Positions 58,801 through 64,000 of a stretch of DNA of 64,000 bases are shown piece after piece. Below the pieces are notes generated by a model, which searched no databases, was not told the DNA's origin, and saw nothing but the letters and a program-made list of their open reading frames with translations. The stretch's first letter is position 1. Every line of letters starts with the position of its first letter. The DNA lies in the IMG/VR virus record IMGVR_UViG_3300050343_000191, positions 124,001 through 188,000 of that record, one strand, 5' to 3'. The position numbers and the translations under genes were made by a program.

Positions 58801-61606
58801 CTACAATATCCTCAACATTGAATGTACCATTAAATCCAAAGTCTTTACTTGCTGCACCATTTGTACTGCTAACTACATCAGAAATAATAACAACATCTTC
58901 ATTCTTTAGATTGTGTGGTTTATCTGCTCTAATTGTGATTAAGTTTGCACCATTGTCGTAAGTGCAAGTAGTAATAAATCTAGGATTACGATCAAAATCA
59001 TAATCTGATCTACCAATATCAGTAAGATTAAAGTCAGAAGTCTCTCTTACATTGACAGTGCTTGAATCTTGTAAAATAAATCCATTGACTGGATCTCTGG
59101 TATTGTCAAGTTCCTTAGGAACAACATAACGCATTCTATAGAGTTTTTCATCCAAACTTCTATCATCTGCCTTTCTCTTGACATATGTGATTTCACTATC
59201 GTTATTGGAAAGAGTAATAACGTGCTGGAAAAGTGGGCTGTTGTTCTCACAGTGAATGAACCATCCAGCAGTTTCATTTGTTACTACACTAGTTTCTACA
59301 TTGGTGATAGATCTAGTTGCAGAGTCATATTGAATTGGATGTCCAAGTTCACCTGCTTCTTTATCTGAAACTCTACTCTCTACTCTAATTTCAGATCCAA
59401 GATAGACTGGAATGTATATGGGAGTCTGTGCTTCAGCATTAGTTTTAGAAGAAGCAACTTGGAACTGAGTACCATTGAGAGACATTCCATCTGCTCTAGT
59501 ACCATTCTTTTCAAGGGTGATCGCAAAATATACACTTTCTTCTTCTAAACCTTCAGGAAGATCGCCATTTTCACTGAAAATACGAATCGATTCACCATTT
59601 TTTAGATCGTGAGATGCTGTACAATTAAACACCATTTGAGTTGGTGATTGTGCAACAGGAGTTGTGATAGTTACATCTCTATAGATCTTTGCAGAAGTAT
59701 CAGTTCCAGAGATGGTATTTGTATTAAGATCTAATGGACCATTGGTCATTAAAATCTTACCGGCATTAGTATCAGCGTCTAAGAAAACTTCATCATCGAC
59801 TTTAGCACCAATCCTAAAACCCTGAGAAATAATTGGAGGTGGTACATCCTCTGCAGTGTATCCTAACAGATAGATTCTATTCGCTCTATTAATACTCTTA
59901 GTTCTAGAAACATCAAACTGAACCCACTCAACCTCAAATTCAGAATTAGAAACTGATCTAGGAGCAATAATATTGGTAATATAACCTTTATCATCTTTGG
60001 TGAATGCATCTCTCTTAAATCCTTCCGCGCCAAGAGAGAACTGACCAAAGTTGGAGTTGGAGTTAGTAATTGATGCGTCACCACCACTATCTGCAAGGAA
60101 GTGTAAGTGGAAACCAATAGCAAAAACAGAAACAACCTGAACAACCGAATCGTTGCTCATTTTAATGTGAACTGTCTTCCAACCTTCTCTATAAACAGCG
60201 TCAGAACTTAAGTGTAAGACTTGATTTGAGTTTGAAGACTCTGCAGATAGTTCATCTCCAGATCTAGTTTTATAGTTGATACCCTGCCACTGACGGTTAC
60301 TCTTATTGTACTTAACAAAAGCACGATCATCTTTCTGCAGAGATACAGCAGTAAATTGTGCAACAACCATTGAGCGGAAACCATCCGCCTTAGAACCATC
60401 AGCATGCATACCCTGCATACCATAAACAGAACGCAATGATACGTTAAAGATATATGGAGATGCACCAGAAACTGTATCAGTCTCAATAGTTACGCTGGCA
60501 TTTGATCCAATACTTAATCCCGCAGGTTGACCAGCAGGAAGGTTTGCCCTTACAAATGGGAGTGCATACGTAAATCTAGTTTCATCAAGAACTTGAACAA
60601 CTTTTGTTGAGATATTATAGTCAGGTTCACTGATTCCACGAATCTTAACAGGTGTGCCTGCACTCAGTTCGTGAGCAATCTGAGTTGTAACTGTAACGAT
60701 AGTTCCAGGAGTTGCACCATCACCAGAGATAATATTGGAGATCCTTACTGGGTCAGCACCAAATGCACCAACAATTTCCCATTCTGGACGCTGCTTAGAG
60801 AAAGATTCTGCCTGTGATGGATACTTCTGATCAATTTCTCTACCAGATGCTCTGTTGAAAGCATTACTGATCTTGCTATAGTACATATCAAGATCAGTGA
60901 GTTGATACCCACCAACCAAGTTAACACCATCAGCATACTCAAAGCAGGTAACTTTGTGGTGTGAAAATACAGGTTTTGATCTATTATTCTCAGAGAAATC
61001 TTTGGGGTCCGTGTAAACTAACCCACTTTCATCACCATCAAAGAAGGTAAACTGCCAGAAATAGCAAGCACCAGTAATTCTAAAGATTGCAGACTGCCTT
61101 ACAGTATCGTCTGTTGGATTTGGAACATATTTTGGTCTAACTTTAGTCTTTCTTAAATCTAGACCAACGATAGAAGTACCACGAGGAATAATGATACCAC
61201 CATACACACTATTAAACTTATACAGGATATTATTTTCCTGTGTAAGGTCAAAGTTGGAGTTGAGAGTGAGAGTTAATTCTGATTGAGCATTTGTTTGTGC
61301 TCCATTTGGTGCAACGGAAATTGCATTATTGCCAATATCCTGAATTGCATATCCAGGTCTATTATCAATTAAGTGCTCACCAGGAAACACTAGAATTGTG
61401 GTCTTCTCTACAATATCGTTGTCTTCACCTCTAAGATATGAAAATCTTGCCGACTCAATCAGAGCACGTTGAATTGTTTTAAAGGGTTTTGTTAATGAAT
61501 TTCCTTGATTTTCAACACCATCAGTGGAATCAAGGTCATTAGGATTAACATACAGAATGCGACCTTCAGCATTCTTGATAAAATTCTCAAGCTTATTAAG
61601 AGGCAT
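55835..61606 (-). CDS. Long tail fibre with a C-terminal intramolecular chaperone (peptidase S74-like)
   Basis: N-terminal ILYV...NQGNSLTKPFKTIQRA beta-helix start; C-terminal SDDRVKTD...GVSAQEIQKVLPEAV...VQYEKIVPLLIEAIKEL; AATAAATA at 61639-61646. Confidence 0.85.
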   Translation of the reverse strand: MPLNKLENFIKNAEGRILYVNPNDLDSTDGVENQGNSLTKPFKTIQRALIESARFSYLRGEDNDIVEKTTILVFPGEHLIDNRPGYAIQDIGNNAISVAPNGAQTNAQSELTLTLNSNFDLTQENNILYKFNSVYGGIIIPRGTSIVGLDLRKTKVRPKYVPNPTDDTVRQSAIFRITGACYFWQFTFFDGDESGLVYTDPKDFSENNRSKPVFSHHKVTCFEYADGVNLVGGYQLTDLDMYYSKISNAFNRASGREIDQKYPSQAESFSKQRPEWEIVGAFGADPVRISNIISGDGATPGTIVTVTTQIAHELSAGTPVKIRGISEPDYNISTKVVQVLDETRFTYALPFVRANLPAGQPAGLSIGSNASVTIETDTVSGASPYIFNVSLRSVYGMQGMHADGSKADGFRSMVVAQFTAVSLQKDDRAFVKYNKSNRQWQGINYKTRSGDELSAESSNSNQVLHLSSDAVYREGWKTVHIKMSNDSVVQVVSVFAIGFHLHFLADSGGDASITNSNSNFGQFSLGAEGFKRDAFTKDDKGYITNIIAPRSVSNSEFEVEWVQFDVSRTKSINRANRIYLLGYTAEDVPPPIISQGFRIGAKVDDEVFLDADTNAGKILMTNGPLDLNTNTISGTDTSAKIYRDVTITTPVAQSPTQMVFNCTASHDLKNGESIRIFSENGDLPEGLEEESVYFAITLEKNGTRADGMSLNGTQFQVASSKTNAEAQTPIYIPVYLGSEIRVESRVSDKEAGELGHPIQYDSATRSITNVETSVVTNETAGWFIHCENNSPLFQHVITLSNNDSEITYVKRKADDRSLDEKLYRMRYVVPKELDNTRDPVNGFILQDSSTVNVRETSDFNLTDIGRSDYDFDRNPRFITTCTYDNGANLITIRADKPHNLKNEDVVIISDVVSSTNGAASKDFGFNGTFNVEDIVDDKTFTVNDVDISGVTHDPGNILNDTNVRNKVLPRFKRNNNNENFYLYRTEVIKPYIQNVQDGVYYLYVLNSGNAIGSEFVNSKYSQKVTNLYPQLDRDNVDDNPTSAVSLAKRNPIGEVVTNDLKRSITRETLDKFVDSFSLGNKITSVVDSGASAVIVFDDEHQLNGLNSYTTLNGGSGHIDGDYFNVRLFNNNAAPSNAMWDGATADVTVSSGAVTIATIKEPGSGYTPSETLYFDSSTIGGTPSANIVTTLSGISTATADYVQITGIGTATDGYYRISDSSSKKQLTIAKTANDPVIISGQYAMVIGRVGIVAANGVTTPTTGIEQIVTTEGHGLVVGNKVRLTDASNGLVGDFIVNNATYNTFQVSSTTSLSTTKHVLKHGFSANNASADSLGENLGTRGIPNYDNEVLFLGQSITTEENFIANLPTGASEVIARFPLGSYLQIGNEIMRLKSTTLIGGGNNEIQVIRGSMGTIIEPHANGAQIKKIKLAPIELRRPSILRASGHTFEYLGYGPGNYSTGLPQVQVKTLSEKEEFLSQAQETSCGTVLYTGMDSDGDFYIGNTKYSAQSGEQTTFDVPTPTVTGEDPNRLSVVFDEVIVKERILVEGGKSKQILSQFDGPITFNGDVRMNKKLVLNNDLRVIGRVDFQNTNDATSCTDANAALRVQGGVAIGKKLFVCGDVDFGGNLQLDGTLTVNGSSKLTGEVTVDTGIVPDTDEGAYLGTAAKPFSEAHIDEIRIGVSGDNEIDTATGNLELDSASGTTRVDDNLVVTGNLDVDGTTELDGLNVAGNTTLDATTIDGTLTVNGSGNFGGNTVTASRFAGTADKSNQIRVNGLGNSFGPHYLLLQEGTAPGNHYTTARVDSGISYDSSSNTLRLLGDLVAFISDDRVKTDKAPLDDALAKVCSLSGFTYNFNEKGAELGFPTDVRNVGVSAQEIQKVLPEAVKTRDDDYITVQYEKIVPLLIEAIKELSDKVSTLEDKLNK

Positions 61607-61644
61607 CTTATTTTGACAACTATTAGATTTCTATGTTTTATTTA

Positions 61645-61953
61645 TTAACCCATAAAATCTTCTTCATCATAGTATGGAATTAAATCTTCAGGTAATTCTT
61701 TTGCGTTTGAAATTTTAATAGGATCAAAGCATGGATGCATTTCTTCCATCATTAGATAATTAGATCCTTGATAGACATCTTTTATTTCATAACTCCAATG
61801 TTTATTTGCCTCTTCTACTAAATCTCTATCCCAAAGATGACCCTCAGGCATTTCGTCGAAGGTGAATGGTATTCCTTCTAAAAAATACATTTTGACAATT
61901 TCTCTCTCATCGTTATACCAACAATGCTTCGTAGTTATCTTAAATGACGACAT
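61645..61953 (-). CDS. Hypothetical protein
   Basis: 102 aa; AATAAATA at 61974-61981 upstream. Confidence 0.7.
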   Translation of the reverse strand: MSSFKITTKHCWYNDEREIVKMYFLEGIPFTFDEMPEGHLWDRDLVEEANKHWSYEIKDVYQGSNYLMMEEMHPCFDPIKISNAKELPEDLIPYYDEEDFMG

Positions 61954-61985
61954 AAAAACTATGCAAGTGGTTTTATTTATTTTGA

Positions 61986-62070
61986 TGCGAGTAGGGAGAC
62001 TTGAACTCCCACGAGATTAATTCTCAACAGATTTTAAGTCTGGTGCGTCTACCGATTCCGCCATACTCGC
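61986..62070 (-). tRNA. trnL: tRNA-Leu(UAA)
   Basis: GCGAGTA acceptor; GGCGGAATCGGTAGACGC D-arm; CCAGA-CTTAAAA-TCTGT anticodon arm; long variable arm; GTTCAAG T-loop; no encoded CCA. Confidence 0.95.
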
Positions 62071-62074
62071 TTAG

Positions 62075-62147
62075 TGCTTCCTGTGAGGATCGAACTCACC
62101 TTAGGCAAATTATGAGTTTGCTGCATTCACCAGATTGCTAAGGAAGC
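62075..62147 (-). tRNA. tRNA with CAU anticodon, probably Ile2 (lysidine type) rather than Met
   Basis: GCTTCCT/AGGAAGC acceptor; GCAAA-CTCATAA-TTTGC; lacks initiator features; resembles plastid trnI-CAU. Confidence 0.85.
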
Positions 62148-62150
62148 AGA

Positions 62151-62222
62151 TAGGAATGCCGAGAATTGAACTCGGATGACCCCGTTATAAGCAGGGCGCA
62201 TTAACCATTATGCGACACTCCC
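62151..62222 (-). tRNA. trnI: tRNA-Ile(UAU)
   Basis: GGGAGTG/CATTCCT acceptor; CCCTG-CTTATAA-CGGGG anticodon arm; GTTCAAT T-loop. Confidence 0.85.
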
Positions 62223-62232
62223 TGATGATGAA

Positions 62233-62406
62233 TTACTGAGCGTCATTATTGCTCTCAGTGTGTATTCGTATTAGTTCATCATCAGCAGGCATCATTACTG
62301 CTGCCTTACCATCTTCTCTCACAATACCTATGGTTTCACCGTTTTCGACTCTTTCCATAAGTTTATCAAAATTATCTTCCCATTCTTTTAGAGTAAAAAT
62401 TTCCAT
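62233..62406 (-). CDS. 57-aa Phd/YefM antitoxin-like protein
   Basis: Hand translation MEIFTLKEWEDNFDKLMERVENGETIGIVREDGKAAVMMPADDELIRIHTESNNDAQ fits the Phd pattern E.K.NF..L...V..GE.I.I.R.G...V++P. Confidence 0.6.
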   Translation of the reverse strand: MEIFTLKEWEDNFDKLMERVENGETIGIVREDGKAAVMMPADDELIRIHTESNNDAQ

Positions 62407-62609
62407 TAAACTTTATTTCCTTTAACTGAAAGATCTGCATATTGAATTTGATCATCATTAAGATGTGAAGTACATACTTCCATGACGTTCATAAACTCTT
62501 CAGGACTATCACATTGAATTAAACGTTCTTCTTCTTGATCACTAATGAGAAGAAAGGAGCGAGAACAAATATCTATCACTACACCTTCAACGTATGCCTC
62601 AGTGTTCAT
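62406..62609 (-). CDS. Hypothetical protein
   Basis: 67 aa; first gene after the sigma70 promoter. Confidence 0.7.
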   Translation of the reverse strand: MNTEAYVEGVVIDICSRSFLLISDQEEERLIQCDSPEEFMNVMEVCTSHLNDDQIQYADLSVKGNKV

Positions 62610-62632
62610 AGTGGTTTTTTGATTACCTTGAT

Positions 62633-62661
62633 ATTATAACGGATTCTAGTCGGAGCGTCAA
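62633..62661 (-). promoter_or_regulatory. Sigma70-type promoter TTGACG-N17-TATAAT
   Basis: -35 at 62656-62661 and -10 at 62633-62638; would drive two ORFs and the tRNA cluster. Confidence 0.85.
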
Positions 62662-62662
62662 G

Positions 62663-64000
62663 TCATTCAAAGGTGATAATCACCAATCCACTCTGACTAC
62701 TTCCACCATATCCCGCAATATAATCAGGATCACCAGTGTCTTGAGCACTCCTACCTCCTGCTTGTCCAGTCTGTCCTGATTGACTTACAGTATTTGTCCA
62801 GTTACCAGTGATGATACCTGAACCACCGCCACCACCGCCGCCAGTACAGTCACTATCATATCCACCGCCGCCACCGCCGCCATAGTATCCAGCACCACCG
62901 CCACCACCACGTTTTCCCTGATAGGTTCCGTGACCACCAGAGTCTCCGCCATTATTGCGGTAGAAAGCATTATATCCAGAGGAACTAAAATATGTTCCAG
63001 AATTAGCAGTATTTCCACTACTGGAACCTGCTCCTCCGCCACTACTTTGGCTGGCACCTCCACCACTATTTGGTCCACCAAGACCACCTGATCCTCCACC
63101 ACCAGAACCATTCCCCCCACCATATCCACCATTAGATGCCTGACCAGCACCACCTCCACCGCCTGCGATCATAAGGTTAGTGCCATTATAAACAACACCT
63201 GTTAATCCACCACCATCACCAGCACCAGAATCTGCCATACTGTCTGGTTGTGAACCTGCATTTGTTCCACCAACCCACACAACTACCTGACTTCCACCTG
63301 TTACAGGTATTGTTCCCTCAACGTGACCACCTGAACCACCACTAAAGTTTCCACCATCAAGACCAGTTCCAGAGGCAGGACACTCACCATTTCCATAACC
63401 ACCAGCACCCCAGACTTTAGCAGTCATTGATGTTGAGTTAGCAGGAACATTTACAGTATATGTATCGTTATCATTACCCGTGCCTACATACGCAAAAGAA
63501 TTAATACCTTCAAATACTACCTTCGCATCTTCTCCAGGATCACCAGCATCTTCCCTATCTGGATGTGAAGAACCTGAAGAAAATGCACCAGTAAATCCAT
63601 TAGATACGGAAGAATGAACATAACCTGAACCACCACCGCCGCCGCTACCAGCACGGGTAGCATCACCAAAATCATTACCACCTGCTCCACCACCACCGCC
63701 ATAGTATCCAGCACCGCCTCCACCACCCCCAGCAGCGTTATTGCCACCAAAACCTGTTGCTGCATTACCACCATTGCCACCTTGTAATGCTGCGCCACCA
63801 GAACCATTGGCACTTACTGATACAGTCTGAGAGGTGGTTTCATTTCTTCCACCAGTACAAACAATGGTGTGGTATTTAACGTTGACCTGTGTATTATTAT
63901 CATTTCTATACCACCTGACTCTGAAACTATTATTACTCTTATTATCAACTACAGCATAAAATCCTTGAGGTTGATATGTTCCATTTGATTGATAGTTTAA
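62663..64000 (-). CDS. Glycine-rich repeat-domain virion protein (5' end outside the window)
   Basis: The frame of track ORF 62663-63427 stays open upstream to 64000 (at least 445 aa). It has two copies of GGGGGAGYYGGGGG...GGGGGSG followed by a G.V...F strand. Confidence 0.8.
   Translation of the reverse strand, partial: LNYQSNGTYQPQGFYAVVDNKSNNSFRVRWYRNDNNTQVNVKYHTIVCTGGRNETTSQTVSVSANGSGGAALQGGNGGNAATGFGGNNAAGGGGGGAGYYGGGGGAGGNDFGDATRAGSGGGGGSGYVHSSVSNGFTGAFSSGSSHPDREDAGDPGEDAKVVFEGINSFAYVGTGNDNDTYTVNVPANSTSMTAKVWGAGGYGNGECPASGTGLDGGNFSGGSGGHVEGTIPVTGGSQVVVWVGGTNAGSQPDSMADSGAGDGGGLTGVVYNGTNLMIAGGGGGAGQASNGGYGGGNGSGGGGSGGLGGPNSGGGASQSSGGGAGSSSGNTANSGTYFSSSGYNAFYRNNGGDSGGHGTYQGKRGGGGGAGYYGGGGGGGYDSDCTGGGGGGGSGIITGNWTNTVSQSGQTGQAGGRSAQDTGDPDYIAGYGGSSQSGLVIITFE

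Noticed and set aside
384-60942. Dozens of plus-strand ORFs and nested minus-strand ORFs of 60-195 aa in the track
   Set aside because: They lie antisense to or out of frame within long, motif-bearing genes and have no promoter or RBS context. They are shadows of biased codon usage.
52650-61606. Diversity-generating retroelement acting on the tail fibres
   Set aside because: No reverse transcriptase is in the window, and I saw no TR/VR pair differing at adenines

Overview
This is 64 kb of a T4-like marine cyanophage (Kyanoviridae-type myovirus). Essentially all real genes are on the minus strand, and the plus-strand ORFs in the track are antisense shadows. 1-29 kb holds the neck and baseplate structural module: gp14 (partial), gp13, a fibre, a 2469-aa DUF4815/VrlC-like protein, gp8, a 4315-aa gp7, gp6 and gp25, driven by NATAAATA late promoters. 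29-30.8 kb holds a glycosyltransferase-like gene, an AbrB-domain gene and a G/C-run junction. 30.8-49.5 kb is a dense cluster of small early genes. Their promoters carry a 22-bp dyad (GTGCCA[C/G]T-N6-A[C/G]TG[G/T]CAC) about 30 nt upstream of a -10 box. The cluster includes a cyAbrB-N/ArdA-like fusion, a KTSC protein, a palindromic iteron-like array, a PvuII-like endonuclease paired with an N6-type methyltransferase, an HExxH protease, CP12 plus a second CP12-tail protein, and a deletion-broken SF2 helicase next to a PD-(D/E)XK nuclease. 49.5-52.6 kb is an operon of three 2OG-Fe(II) oxygenases and a flavin-dependent halogenase. 52.6-61.6 kb holds tail fibres, including a gp37/gp38-like pair. 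62-64 kb holds three tRNAs (Leu-UAA, Ile2/Met-CAU, Ile-UAU), an orphan Phd/YefM-like gene and a partial glycine-rich protein. The best candidates for novelty are the cyAbrB-ArdA chimera, the PvuII-like R-M pair, the dyad promoter cassettes, the iteron array and an unannotated NblA-like ORF. All family calls come from motif recognition by eye; no database searches were run.
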